Shown here: piece after piece, positions 41,200 to 54,364 of the stretch | How positions within the stretch are numbered: the stretch's first letter is position 1 | Layout: every line of letters begins with the position of its first letter | Assembly: GCA_002633005.1 (NCBI GenBank) | Contig: NMRA01000017.1 | Coordinates: 330,260 to 394,259, forward strand | DNA from: Phoronis australis | Lineage: Eukaryota; Animalia; Phoronida | DNA: 64,000 nucleotides | Direction: 5' to 3' | The notes under the pieces: model-generated | What the model was told of the DNA's origin: nothing | What the model saw: only the letters and a program-made list of their open reading frames with translations | Database searches by the model: none | Translations under genes and position numbers: made by a program

Positions 41200-41299
41200 A
41201 TGACTTTACCTTTCTCCCTCGTGTCCAGTATGTTGACTCGACGCTTGCGCAAAAACAGTCAAAGGGGGCGCCAGCAGCAGAATCATGTTCATCTGTCGT
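41200..41299 (+). CDS. Candidate alternative first coding exon (MTLPFSLVSSMLTRRLRKNSQRGRQQQNHVHLS, phase 1)
   Basis: ACC-ATG plus in-frame ATG at 41230; 33 codons + 1 nt; donor CGT|GTGAGT; GC-rich island. Confidence 0.65.
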
Positions 41300-42261
41300 G
41301 TGAGTAATTATTACTTACTGTTTTTTACTCGTCTTTTTACCGACATGTTTGACTGAGGGCTTCATCTGCAGATTGTCCATGGTTTTTGCTACAGTGTGCC
41401 CAGTTGACAGACATGGACACTGTAGCACTGGACCAGCATTCATTGACCTGCATGTTGAAATCGACTATCATAAATATAGGGGAATATTGGACGATAAACT
41501 TCAGTTTCGTATCATTTTTACTACCAAATATTTAGATACGTAATGAGATTGCTTTTCTTTTCTCAATCCCATCCTCCCATGTTTAGCTAACTTAGTTGTT
41601 ATTAGCTTGACTAAGCTTATTCAGGTTAGTCATCAGTTCATGAAACTCTAAGCAGGAATTAACTTGCAGTGCTTTGCAAACTTAAGTAATATTGGCCAAA
41701 TGAATAAAGAATTAAATCACGTACTGGAACTTAGTGACGTTGTTGCACCCGCATTTGAGGGACTTCAGTTTGGCCATTGTTGTTTTGACCGCTAGAGCTT
41801 TGGTCAAGTGAAATGATGACCAGCGATGGTGACCTGTCCCAAATGAGAGTCGAGACTTGAAATCTTAAGCTCTGCAATTTCAGAAATTGGTTCTCTATAC
41901 ATTAGTGTAATGCTTTTTTTACACCTTTTGAAAGCTAGCTCTCTAGTTTTCAAACAATCTAAGATAACAACCTCCCTGATTTCAAAATCTTGTCTTCTAC
42001 TACAAAGATGACTAAAAGAGCAGAGTGGCCCCATAACTGAAGCGATGTTGTTGAGACATATGCATCTTAATGAACTGTTTCATCAAACAGATATAGCTGT
42101 CTGAACTTGTCATTGATGTTTACAGGCTGAGGAAGAACATTTTGTGACTTTGGAGCTTCTTTGGTGTAGTTCAATCAGTAATTTCCAAAGGTTTGCAAAT
42201 AATGGTGTTCACTGTGCCATTAATTCAATGTCCTTATCACAGTTCAGCATGTGAACCAAAG

Positions 42262-42476
42262 TGTGGTGTATATCACACGTGGCACCTGGACCATGGTGTG
42301 GTGTACATCACGCCTGGTACATGGAACATGGTGTGGTGTACATCACACTCACCTGGCACGTGGTCCATGGTGTAGTGTACATCACGCCTGGTACGTGGAC
42401 GGTGTGGTGTACATCACGCCTGGCACATTGACCATGGTGTGGTGTACATCACACCTTGCACATGGACCATGGTGTG
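42262..42476. repeat. Minisatellite, about 35-bp unit (GGACCATGGTGTGGTGTACATCACGCCTGGCACGT)
   Basis: About 6 copies. Confidence 0.93.
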
Positions 42477-45169
42477 ATTACAGTTTAATTACTAGTGGTG
42501 GAAGCTGTTTACATAGTCCTCCTGGATGGAAACACTATAATATAGAAAAAGAAGCTTGAATCTCCATAACTCTGTCAATACATTCAACATGGTCTATGTT
42601 GTATTCATGTCTACCATCCTTGTTCTTCATTTCCATATGTAAGTCGAGTGATGCATAAGTCTGCAGGGATCCGAGTTCACCAACCAACAGGGCCTCAAAT
42701 ATATGGGTCAGTTTAGAGGAGCTATGGATCAAGTTGGGTTTTTTTATAATATTTTCTTTATAATTCTTTGGGTGACATTGTTCACGTGATTTTGTCTGCT
42801 GTTCCATTAGGTTATGTGTAATTTCATCATCTGGTTTGGGCTGCCCTGTCAGAATCTGGATGTATACTGTGTGCATTATCTATGCGACCAGACAGAAGTC
42901 ATGATTGTAGATACGTTTAGGGTACCCTGGCACTTCCACACAGTTAAAAGTGCTACGTTTCATTGAATTGTGAATATGCAAATGAAGTACTGATTACAAA
43001 CAACCTCGGGTCTTCTGGTGTACCGGAAGCCATCCAAGAACCATTTACCATTACAATCTCGCGAAAGTCTTGTTTTGCGAGACTATTTTAAATGAGTATG
43101 GTAGTATGTCATGGTTACCCTAATAAAACAAGGCACAGTTTTTATTATTTGTTCATTTCAATATCAAATAACGATTGTATAATATTTGGAATTACTATGG
43201 TTTTGTATATTTTCGCACTTGTTTTTAAGTGTATCAGTTGTGGTGTTTTCTTTAAAACTGCAATTTATTTACAAATTGTTTCGTTTCCTGGTTATTCTTG
43301 CATGCACAGTTCTTCTGGAACTCACAAGGTGGCGCTTGCTACAAATTTAAATATTCACGGTTCTAGTGAGACACAACGTCTTTAAGGGAGTTCCACGCAG
43401 TTAGCTAAAAAGCTATAAAGTAATTGTAGTCTATTGTTGTTTGATCACATTGGCTGATTTATTAAATGTCATTTTCCATTTCAATTAACGGATAATATTT
43501 GATTTGAAAAGTGTTGATTTTGCATGAGTCACCTGAGTAATTGTGTTCTCAAAATTGATATGGTTGTATGAAGGTTAAATTGCACATTCTTATGTGATGC
43601 TGTTTGAGCTCAAGTCGATGACCTAATTTTTTATTTCACTGAAAACACATTGGACATCAAAATAATACGCAAAGAAAAAATTTGATGGCGTAACTCTTAG
43701 TGTAGATGCCAAAAAAATTTGAAGTACTTAAAACCCACAAAAGTGTTAACTTTCTGTGACGTAAGAAAATCAGTAAACTGGGAAATTTAATTAAAGCTGC
43801 TAGAACATCAAATGGATAGCGTGTGTGTAAATTGATCGGCTTGGCAAAAGGGCAATTTAATCGAGGGTGGCTTATTGGTAACCTATATATGTAAATTTCT
43901 CATTTTTGCCCGAGGTGCCTCTGTTTAGGCGGCTGTAACACAAAAATTAATTTGATGATGCCACATTTTGTAGTTTGTAGCAGGCAAAGATCAAAATATA
44001 AAATATGAAAGTTTTAGGAAATCCAGCAATAAATCATAACTGTACTGAACCCCCTTGAGCTATCTCAGTGTATCTATTTATTTATTAATTTATTTATTTA
44101 TTTATCAATGAAAAGTTAAGAAGCAATGGCGCACTACTAACTACTAAATTCTGTGCACTTAAATGAATCTCAGGAGAATCAATTTTGCCAAGTTTACTAT
44201 AACAGTAAAATAATTTGCCAATAGATGGAGATAGATGTATTACACATACTTTGGCTTTGTTCTGAATGGTATGAGAAGTCGGGCAATAGGTGGCGCTTGG
44301 TAATCCAGTGCTTACCTGGACTAGTTTATTCCTAACGTAGACTAGTTGACTCCGTTCTATTTTGGCTCATAATTGGTCATAAAAATAATGTGGAGTAACT
44401 TAACAGCAAACTCTGGACCATCCAACAAGGGCACAGATGGGTTCCTTCTGTATTATAACTCTATTTTACTGTCAATTTCACAGTGATGTACGCCTGATAA
44501 CAACATTTATAAGAGAAAATCTCTTTGTACAGTACCCTGGTGTTAATTCACATGAATTGTACAATGAAAACTTTGATCTTGATATGATATTCTGGCCTTT
44601 ATATTATGCTGGTTATAGGATATTTGGAATTATGTATTATGTACAGAATAACAATAAACAAACAACAGTGTTTTAGATATTCCCCACATGCTTTTTAAAT
44701 ACAAAAGTAATGACAGCTATCAGGCTAGTCAATTGACGTGACTTTCCGAATGAAGAAGTCAATTGAGCCAGGAACTTGACAACATTTTCGGCTTGCACAA
44801 AGCCGACTGCACATCAGCCGACTGAGGCTTAAACTGCTTACCATATGTTTGTTTTTTCTAGTTCTGAAAATTCATTGCAAGTTTCATCTCCTACTCATGC
44901 GTAACTCCCCGACTTTGTCTCCAGTAGAAGCTTCTTATTTAGGAAGTACAAGTTTCAACTCATACCCCTGTAGACAATAATCCTTGACTTCGGTTGTCTC
45001 AAATAAACGGAAGGTTGTGCGGTTAAGTGACCAGAGAAGCTAGTTGAAGAAACAATAAGTGACCAGTATGCTCATCACGTAGTCGTCAATTAATTATGAA
45101 TGTTTGCTTCTGTGTGGTATCGGAACACCTCTTGAATCCTTCTGTGAAGTGTTTGGAGTTTTTAAAGAA

Positions 45170-45212
45170 ATGCCGTTTTACTTAATACGGTTTTACAACC
45201 TTTTTAACAAAG
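45170..45212 (+). CDS. Candidate alternative first coding exon (MPFYLIRFYNLFNK, phase 1)
   Basis: GAA-ATG; 14 codons + 1 nt; donor AAG|GTAACA. Confidence 0.4.
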
Positions 45213-47466
45213 GTAACATTTTTATGTGGAAAAGTTAAAAAATCGTAACTGACTAATTAAGGCCCACTTCAGTCTTAATGGTACTACTAACGGACTTAAC
45301 GACATTACTAATTACCGTCAATTCTACATTAGACCAAGAATTAACCATTGCAATCAATAAAGTGAATGAAATTAAATGAAGCAATGGAGTTGGAATAAAT
45401 TCTTTGTCATGTGCAGCCATTGTTATTAGTCCCAGATAAATGCGTTTTGTTCTTGCTGTATTCTAGTTGATTGCTGCACAAGCCTGTATGCAGTAGGCTG
45501 GAACTAGTCATTTATTCATCACCATACTCTTTGTGAATTATGAAACACTATTTTGTGCTCTACTCTGCATATTGATTTTCCTGTATGCCCGCATACTGGC
45601 GGAGAACCTGCTCAATTAGACACTATCACTGCTTGACGATTCTAACGGAACTTCATTTAATTACCAATAGCAGTAATTTGTGCGAAATCTAATTGTGTTG
45701 CTCTCCTTGCTTTTAAAACTGATTTCTTTTTTCTTGTCTGAGTGAACTGTCGTGACATTCTTTTCCTAACCCTGACACAGACTATTAGTCATTCATTCTG
45801 ATTAGTTGCTGATACAAAATGGTGATGTGGTTAATCTGAGGAGAGATAAATAAAGTATGAGTACAGTTTGTGTACCTTGTCTTGACACAACACCTAACCA
45901 TTGCAGCTAACCAGCTGTTGTGTTTATGCACAATGCTGTCTGCTTTGGTTGTTCAGGAACACCAGCGACATCTGCCTGCGTTAAGTGAACCTAGCATTGC
46001 ATAGAAACTACTGTTCATGGGCAAATCTCCTGACATTGGCGCTGAAATTAACAGGAAGACAATGAACTGGATTCAGGTGCCTGCATCCCCTGTAGTGCTT
46101 GCCCGGTATCACCCCGTCTGACCCCCTCCCCCAGTAATAATCAGTGCGTTTGAACAGTGTCTGACCCCCTCTTCGAGTAACAATCAGTTTGTTTGAACAG
46201 TGTCTGACCCCCATCCCCCAGTAATAATCAGTGCGTTTCTACTGTTGCTGGCTTATTGATCTACTCTCTAATCCCCACCATCTCTTTTAGCCTCTGACTG
46301 TTTATCTACAAAGTCAATCGACTTAAGTAAGGGAATGTGTCTCTTGCTAAATTGATGGTAATTCAGTCACTACTGAGAGAAGGTCGCATGGATTTAAGTG
46401 CAGAGTTTCAAGTCATCTACTCTATTTAGGTTTCTACTGAAATTAAACAGTTGTACGTAACTGTAACTAGCCTGCTTAAATTGGGNTAGTCATGGGTGGG
46501 TAGCATGAATATTAGGCAGTGTGCTGCTGAAACCCGGTTCATTTCTCAAAGGTGAATTTTGTACACTTTGGGAACTAAAATTCACATGAGAGAGGTATTC
46601 ATCAATCACGGTTGCTCTCAGATTTCGATGGCGTCAATTGGGGTTGAGCATTAAACCTACTTTCTGTCAGAAAACCAAACTTCTGATTGAAGTCATTTAC
46701 CATTATGAGATATGTCTATAATTGTTCCTTTAAGTCAAAATAGATGTGATTTCTCGGCTTGCAAAGAACTGACAGATTGTTTATTTTATTTGGCAGCATG
46801 ATTTCAAACAGTAATGAACTGTCTTTGCAAATCACTGAGCACGATGAGAATTGATTTTTGGTCCAATTGCAATGAACTAACAGTTGGTTATTTCTTGAGA
46901 CCATGTTTCGGTAAATAAAATGACGCTCGTGAGAAGTCACCTTTAGAGATACTAGTCTAGAACAAGTGCAATCACACGTACTTTGATTGAGGAACAATAT
47001 GAGACTACTTTGATAGGGGTACGTGATCAAAATCAAGACATGTTTTGTGACTGAAAGTGTCTATAGTTCTTTAAAGTGTCTTTAATAGTTCCAGTGAGAC
47101 AAGCTTTATGAAGGTACCTGTAGATGTACTTAATGCAACTGCCATGCATTATTCAACAGTCATATGACAGAATACTCCAATCTTACTAATAATAGTTGTT
47201 CCAGTATTTTCTTTGTCCTATGCATATATTTTCCAGCCACTGCTACATTTCCTCTGTGTTGAGTTAAATCTCAATCCCCATGTTGGTTGCTTAGGCAATT
47301 GTTGCATAATTAATTTCCATCAGGGACAGAAAAACAAGTTACAAGCATTCAATAAATTTCTGTGAATCACTTTGTATTAAAGCTTAACCAAGGTCACTGT
47401 CATTCGAGGCCATGATGATTTTGTGGGGAAAACTTTTTCCCTCATAAATACATTCATTCGTTAGGA

Positions 47467-47503
47467 ATGAAACCGCCCGCATACAAGGCGAACAGCAACT
47501 CGT
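47467..47503 (+). CDS. Candidate alternative first coding exon (MKPPAYKANSNS, phase 1)
   Basis: 12 codons + 1 nt; junction TCGT|GTGAGT identical to the 41200 exon; local CpG enrichment; X-box-like GTTGCTTAGGCAAT at 47286-47299. Confidence 0.6.
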
Positions 47504-48894
47504 GTGAGTGACAGGTGGTGGGGCGGGGCCATGTTTTTTTGCTTGGAAAGTTGAGTTCTGTTTAGCTTAATATTTGTTTTGTGTGCTGAACAAATCTGAC
47601 GTACGTGTTGCACAAATAGCAGCCGTACTGAAAGCGGTCGTGTAGTTTTTATAAATTTGAAATTTTTATAAACAAAATGCTTTATTATGAGGAAGTCTCA
47701 TTAGGAACCACTGTCACGGTTCAGTAACTGCAGAAACATGCAGATTCAGATTTCATATTAGATGTACACAGAGTCCCTGATTTTCTGCTTTCAAAAAACA
47801 GAGAAATCATTTTTAGCAAATCATAAAATTCTGTCTGGTGAATTAACAAATTCGGTTTTGCTATTCCAAACTAAGAGATCAATTATGTATATGCCTAATT
47901 ATTTCCATGGCATGTTTGCTACAGTTATGTTTTACTGATGTATTTTAAAAAAAGTTATGCATGCTCTGTTAATTGTTCGTAAAACCTGAAAAAGAGCAAC
48001 GCCAAAATGAAACAAAAACTACTAAAGTGTTTACTGCAAAATAATCATTGATCCAGAATTTGCCATCAGGTCAGAATACAAATTTATTATGCGAGAGTCT
48101 TGGGTAACAAATTTAGTGGTTTATATTCTTAATTTTGATTACTATATAAATTGAAAATAACAGAATCCTGATATCTGCTGCTGAAATATCTGAATTGTGT
48201 TTGTTCAGGACAGGAATCATTTTAGAAGAACAGGGGTAAGGGTGAATTAAGCCATACAGCTTCAAGTTTATAGGCCAGTTTGGAGGACCTAAGGGTCATT
48301 ACAATTTTACTTCCAATTTTAATGGAACTGTCGGATGGAAAGAGGAAGTAATTGTTGTGCCCAAGACACGGGTCATGTTCCTAAAGTGATGCCTGTCAGG
48401 GTCTCTAAACATGGCTGTTTCACTGATGATCACAGGGTGGATCCTCCCAATGCTGTATAATCACTGACAGCTCTCGGGAGCCCTGTAAACTCAGTATGCT
48501 AACACGTAAACTCAGCTAACCGGCTAACCGATTGACAAACATGGTGCCTTGACTGAAAAACATGGTGCCGAACTCTCAAAACACAACTTAGGCACACAAA
48601 ATCTCCCGACTCACAAACACAGCTCACTGATTATTTAACATGGTACCCAGGCCTGGAGTCTGTAAAACATCTTTGTGGGTGATTGTAATGTGTTTTTGGG
48701 CCCGTAAGCTGTGTTTTGTGAGTTGGGCGCTGCAGTTGTTAACAATGTGTCAGAGCCATATTTTCAAATTCATTTACATTAAAACTTTTCATAAATTTAC
48801 ACTTTAGAAAAAGCTTTAGTCACATTAAGTTATGCTTTTTAGTCTCCAAAGTAACAGGACATGAGACTGCATTTAAACATTTTTTCCAGAAATT

Positions 48895-49564
48895 GACTAG
48901 GTGTCTGTATAATAGTGACTGACTCCCAAGTGGTACATTAGGGTAAAAATGACTAGGGCTCTATGTCTTTGTGATTGATTCCCAAGTGGTACATTAGGAT
49001 AAAAATGACTAGGTATCTATATCTTAGTGACTGGCTCTCAAGCGGTACATTAGGGTAAAAATCTAAGTATCTATATATTAGTGACTGACTCCTAAGAGGT
49101 ACACTAGGGTAAAAATATCTAGGTATCTATATCTTAGTGACTGACTCTCAAGTGGTACATTAGGATAAAATGACTAGGTATCTATATCTTAGTGACTGGT
49201 TCTGAAGTGGTACATTAGGGTAAAATGACTAGGTATCTATATCTTAGTGAACGATTCCCAAGTGGTACATTGGGATAAAAATGACTAGGTATCTATATCT
49301 TAGTGACTGACTCCCAAGTGGTACATTAAGGTAAAAATGATTAGATATCTATATATCTTATTGACTGATTCCCAAGTGGTACATTAGGGTAAAAATGGCT
49401 AGGTATCTCTTCTGTAGTGACTGACTCCCAAGTGGTACATTGGGGTAAAAATGACTTGGTATCTATATCTTAGTGACTGACTCCCAAGTGTTACGTTATG
49501 GTAAAAATGACTTGGTATCTATTCCGTAGTGACTGACTCCCAAGTGTTACATTAGGGTAAAAAT
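48895..49564. repeat. Minisatellite, about 56-bp unit x12
   Basis: GACTGACTCCCAAGTGGTACATTAGGGTAAAAATGACTAGGTATCTATATCTTAGT repeated head to tail. Confidence 0.97.
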
Positions 49565-50673
49565 GTCATCAACTTAGGGCAGACACTACTGACAGACTTG
49601 TGAACATTCATTGTTATTAGCGATAAGTAATACCAAATTAATGCTTCACCAACTACTAGTCGTTTGTTAAAGAACATGGACTCAGTTTCAGCAATGTTTG
49701 AACCACTTGAAAATGTGAAAAAATACATTCCTGGTAATTTCTTTGGAATTGGTTTGATTTACTGTGTTACTTCCTTCCAAAGAGTTACTTGTAGATTTTC
49801 CCTATCTTGCAAACACAGAAGTCAGTTAAAGGCTGGGTTCTAAAGCAGCTTATTGCTAATGAAGTCTACCTTCAAATCCCCATATTGAGGAATTAAGCTC
49901 AAAATGATCAACCTGTATTTATCCATAGTTCTGAGTGGCAGTGCCATGCATGAGTGGTTAAACTGATGGAGTGGCTGAGTAGCCTGCAATTGTTGATTTG
50001 ACTCCATGTAGGCTTTAAGTGCAGCTGTAATCAAATAGAAGTGTTTGTCAATCATCAGTATTCAGGTGAGATGTATTGATGCTCTCTTTCACTTGTGGCT
50101 GTGACCCTCTCTGGACTGGCTGTTAATTCATTGCTGGCATAGCAGCAGGGGTGTATTGGAATCTGTGAGTGGACCCTCTAATTACTGAAAGGAAGTAATA
50201 GGCTCAACGTTAAGGATTATTCTGTGTTGTTGTTGTTAACGGTTTTTTAGGAGCCGACAGACAATACAACTTACGCTCGCTTGCATTGTAATAATAAGGA
50301 TACGGCTTAGTACTGTTTGCCTGTTGGTATTCGCAGAGAAAACTGGCTTCGAATTAGCATACAGAGGCATTGTGGATGTGTGGGTCTGGATATTTGCTCG
50401 AATATTTTGTTTGGATATTGTTAATACAGCTGAGTGCCTGCAGACACGTTACCTGCCAGTCCTCCAGTCTGGCTGCAATACAGTGGTGAAAAGATATTAA
50501 CAGTGGATCTCTCATTGGTACAGCTGCATCTTGGTGATATGTCATTAACTACATCAATGTTGATTTGAAGCTGATGCAGCTATAGCAGACTGTAATTAGA
50601 TGACATTAGTCCTGTCAAGTGATTGATTCAAACAATTGATTCGGCCTCATTTGGAGTAATTTGACTTACCGCG

Positions 50674-50755
50674 ATGGCCGATGGATCATTTGCTCAAAAC
50701 ATTTTGCAAGCTTTTGGCATTGAGAAGCTTCCCACATTTGGAAAACAAGATAAAC
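50674..50755 (+). CDS. Alternative first coding exon (MADGSFAQNILQAFGIEKLPTFGKQDK, phase 1)
   Basis: GCG-ATG-G; 27 codons + 1 nt; donor AAC|GTAAGC; paralogue at 54056 differs mostly at synonymous sites. Confidence 0.9.
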
Positions 50756-51634
50756 GTAAGCATATGATGATGTGTTTGAGAATATTTTTGTGCATAGTTC
50801 GTATTGTTAGATTTTCCATGTTTTATATTTATTCGTCTCTGTTATTCACCTTTTATGCGTATATTTTGTCTCGTGCATATTTACTGGAACTATTGGTTTC
50901 CACAACTTATTTTTGCTTAGAATTGTTCATCAAGGAGATGCCTAGCTAGTTACGTTAGATATGGTAGGGGTGTCTTCGTCCATTGGGGGTTTGAGAGAAT
51001 ACCCCTAGAATTTTTTTGGACGTTAATAGGTATTTTCCTGCATTTGGAGAAAGTCTTGTCATTTCACCCAATACACAGTGGGATTATTAAGGCTGATAAC
51101 AGGCTGGCCACATGGGTTAAAAAGTGGACGCAAAGTTGGCTGTGGAAATCAAAAGAAAAGCCAGTGCTTCGTTGAATCGGCCAGTAACGATGCTGACACA
51201 TACAGTCAGATATGCTTGATGCCATTGGATGCTTCTATGCATCATTTTAAACTGGATCTCAAAAGCTCAACCATCACTCAAGTGTTAATGCATTTAATCT
51301 TTTAACTCGATTTTACTCCCTGTTTTGCATATCTCGATTTTACTCCCTGTTTTGCATATCACGCTGAAATTGAGATATACATTAGTCACAGCTTCGCACA
51401 TAAAGCCATGAGCCTTCTGCCCATAAATATGGTAACGTTGATTGGCTATTATTTGCTCGATTATTTCTAAATATTATTCTATTTTTCTTTAAATTTGTTT
51501 TATCCTATGAAGGACCTTAGATGAATAAAAAGCACATTAACTTGATGTGCGATATTAACGGCCACAGAAGTTTTTATCTTTTGCTGACCGACAATACTTT
51601 CCTTGTTTTTAACATGGTTGGACATACAATCTAA

Positions 51635-51798
51635 AATCCCTGTCTACACGCCGCACTGGGATTTCTTGTGTGCTGCTTGGTATACGACTTTTTACCTGGA
51701 AAAGTCCAGTTGGAGCACCTCTCTACACACTTCGAGTCATGTATGACACATGTACTGAATACGATGAACAAAAAGTGGGAACTCGTGTACACAGGACT
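51635..51798. mobile_element. Small TIR element (PIF/Harbinger-like ends)
   Basis: AATCCCTGTCTACACG / CGTGTACACAGGACTT, flanked by TAA. Confidence 0.5.
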
Positions 51799-53894
51799 TA
51801 AAACGCATAAGAAATTTTGATGTGATAATACATAGAAATATTTCTAAATGTTCTTGATTGGTGCTGTAATCGTTGTTCAATTTTGCATAAAAATGATTCC
51901 CAAAAGTGTGACTTTTTTCATTTATTTTATTTAAGTTCTCAGAATTTCACCAAACTTTTTTAGGTGTTCACTGCAAACCTGGCTAATGATGAAGCCATTA
52001 GTTTTCATTAATCATTTTAAGTTCTATTCTCTCCCATATTTTGTGCTCAACTAAAAAGATAATTCACACCAGGTATGCTGAGTAAAATTTACCTTTTCCG
52101 TCTGTTTGATATTAAAATGCATAGCTTCGTTACCTTAAATATGTTAATCTTTTGGCGCTCTCAATAATTAAGTGGTGTGTGTGTGTGTGTGTGTTGGTAG
52201 TACTCTGTTTCGTGCATGTATTATTCATATGTAGGAGATTGCTTTTATCACATATAGTTAAATCTTCTTTTAAGTCTCTGTGGTGGTAAATAAGAACTTC
52301 TCAACTCACAAATTGGTTGTGAACTCCATTTCCTTATCAAGAACACATTATCTAATTCACTCGATCACATTAAGATTGCCAGGGACAGTTTGTATCAGCT
52401 ACTTCATTTTTGCAATCACAACTAAAATTCATTTTGCAAGGTACAAATTTGGCATTGTTACCAAATTATGATGTTAGGAAAACGTGTAAAGTGTGGCTGT
52501 AGTAAATGTCAAGTGCTTTACTGATGGCTTTATTTGATGTTGTAGTAGAAGCATTCTGACTGAGTGGCCAGTCTCCTATGGCCACACTTCACCATGTGGT
52601 TGTAGTCAGGCCAGGTGCTTCTAAGAGCTCAGTTAAAAGGTGTTCACTTAACAGCTCTAATTAGAACCGATCATTTGATCTTGAGATGTAAGACTGTCCT
52701 GACCTTTTTGCCTTTCTAGATCTTTCTCATCCTGAAGGTTTAAAAGGTTTTTGGTTTTGTAAAGGCTCTGTAATGCGCGGGTCTCGAGGTGTGGATTTAG
52801 TAACATGAAACTTATGAAGACATCTTTTATGGCAAATTGAGAGAATGTTGAAACTTTTATAAGCACATTACAAAATAATGAAAGAAAACGGTATTATGAA
52901 GTGTTGTGTGGTCTCAATGTCACGCTCACAAAGGATTTCTTTTTGTAGTTTATACTTTATATTTATTAATAAAATACAATTATTCTGAACACTTGCCTTG
53001 CATTAAAAGAGGTCGATTTCTATGCTACAAGCAGTAGTAGTGGTATTTATTTGCTGGGATGCATTCTATTCATGAATCAATTTCCAAAGTCTAACTGTTT
53101 ATAAGTCCATAAGACCCGATTTTCCTTATAAAATAAACCCTTTCAAAATGCACCTCAATTTCTGACTAATTTCCTTTTTGCAAAAACCCAAATCCTATTA
53201 CATAATTTCTTTTAGTTTCATCTTAAGAGTTGTCAAGACTTACTAATGGGTTTTCCACCCACTGTGGATAATTGACAAAAGAATGGAAATTGCAATGCAA
53301 CATGTTAATTAAACCTTAAGCACTGGTGCTGTTAATGATTTTGTGTAGTTCTGATAACTGCTAAATAAATGTAGATGTTTGTCAAATGTTTTCTGGTGAT
53401 TGACATGCCTATGTAATTAAAAGTTTTGATTATTTCTTTGACCGTTATGCACACAATGGACTGACAGGTGGAAATTTAGGTCATCTCAGCAAATGTGAAC
53501 TGAGAAACTTTATTCCGTTTTAGCATGGCGTGTGTAGTGCTGCCATTAGCAAACAATACTTGGTAATCACCATTTCCTGCAATTTTGGCAATTACATCTG
53601 AGGGAATTGTAGTTTTTTTTAAAACATTGTTTGATAAAATTAATAAGGTTTCTTTACATATTATTCTAATTATTGATCGTGATTCACTATATTATTTTGA
53701 ACTGTGGCAAAGCTTGACCTAATTAAACACTCAGTCCCAGTCCCTGTTATGAAGGTGCTAATGCACAACTCCAATCAGTCTTCCCAAGGGGACCCTTGTT
53801 ATGGCGGTAATTTGCAAATGCCAACAGCTATCGTTACTTAAGTTTTAATTAACTAGAACAAGGCATGTCGGTTCCTGCTAGCATTTATAGGCGT

Positions 53895-54016
53895 ACTGAC
53901 CATAGAAGGCTTGATTACTTGTACCAGCGCAACAATACAGTTGGGGTGTTCTTTATCACTTCTGCTAGCCGCACTGACCATAGAAGCCTTGATTACTTGT
54001 ACCAGCACAACAATAC
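53895..54016. repeat. Local tandem duplication (78-bp period) just upstream of the 54056 ATG
   Basis: ACTGACCATAGAAG.CTTGATTACTTGTACCAGC.CAACAATAC at 53895 and 53973. Confidence 0.9.
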
Positions 54017-54055
54017 CATAGAAGTGTTGTGCACCTTTGCTGCTTCACTGTAGCC

Positions 54056-54131
54056 ATGGCTGATGGTGCTTTTGCACAAAACGTTTTACAGGCCTTTGGA
54101 ATTGATAAACTACCAACCAAAGAAGATCGCA
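54056..54131 (+). CDS. Alternative first coding exon (MADGAFAQNVLQAFGIDKLPTKEDR, phase 1)
   Basis: GCC-ATG-G; 25 codons + 1 nt; donor GCA|GTAAGC; 18/21 residues identical to the 50674 exon. Confidence 0.9.
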
Positions 54132-54364
54132 GTAAGCTCTTTGTACTTTTTGCTTTTTATTTGAGATAGCCCTTCAGTTCTTCTTGGTTTACAGCTGTGG
54201 GGAATTGTCGGTGGAGTTTTGTAGTCTGATAGGTGGTGGTTTAGTCTGTGAGACACTGATCTAACTGGGATTGCCACTTGCAGTTCTCACTTTTCATACT
54301 AGAGGAGCCAGATGGGATTTGTAGATCTAGGTCTACTGATGACAAAGAAGCAATGGAAATAATT

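Noticed and set aside
48895-49564. 56-bp periodic array as CRISPR
   Set aside because: The whole unit repeats with no variable spacers; no cas genes; eukaryotic context
50756-50949. Hydrophobic tail of the 91-aa ORF at 50674
   Set aside because: Read-through into T-rich intron after the GTAAGC donor; the paralogue's similarity stops at the donor
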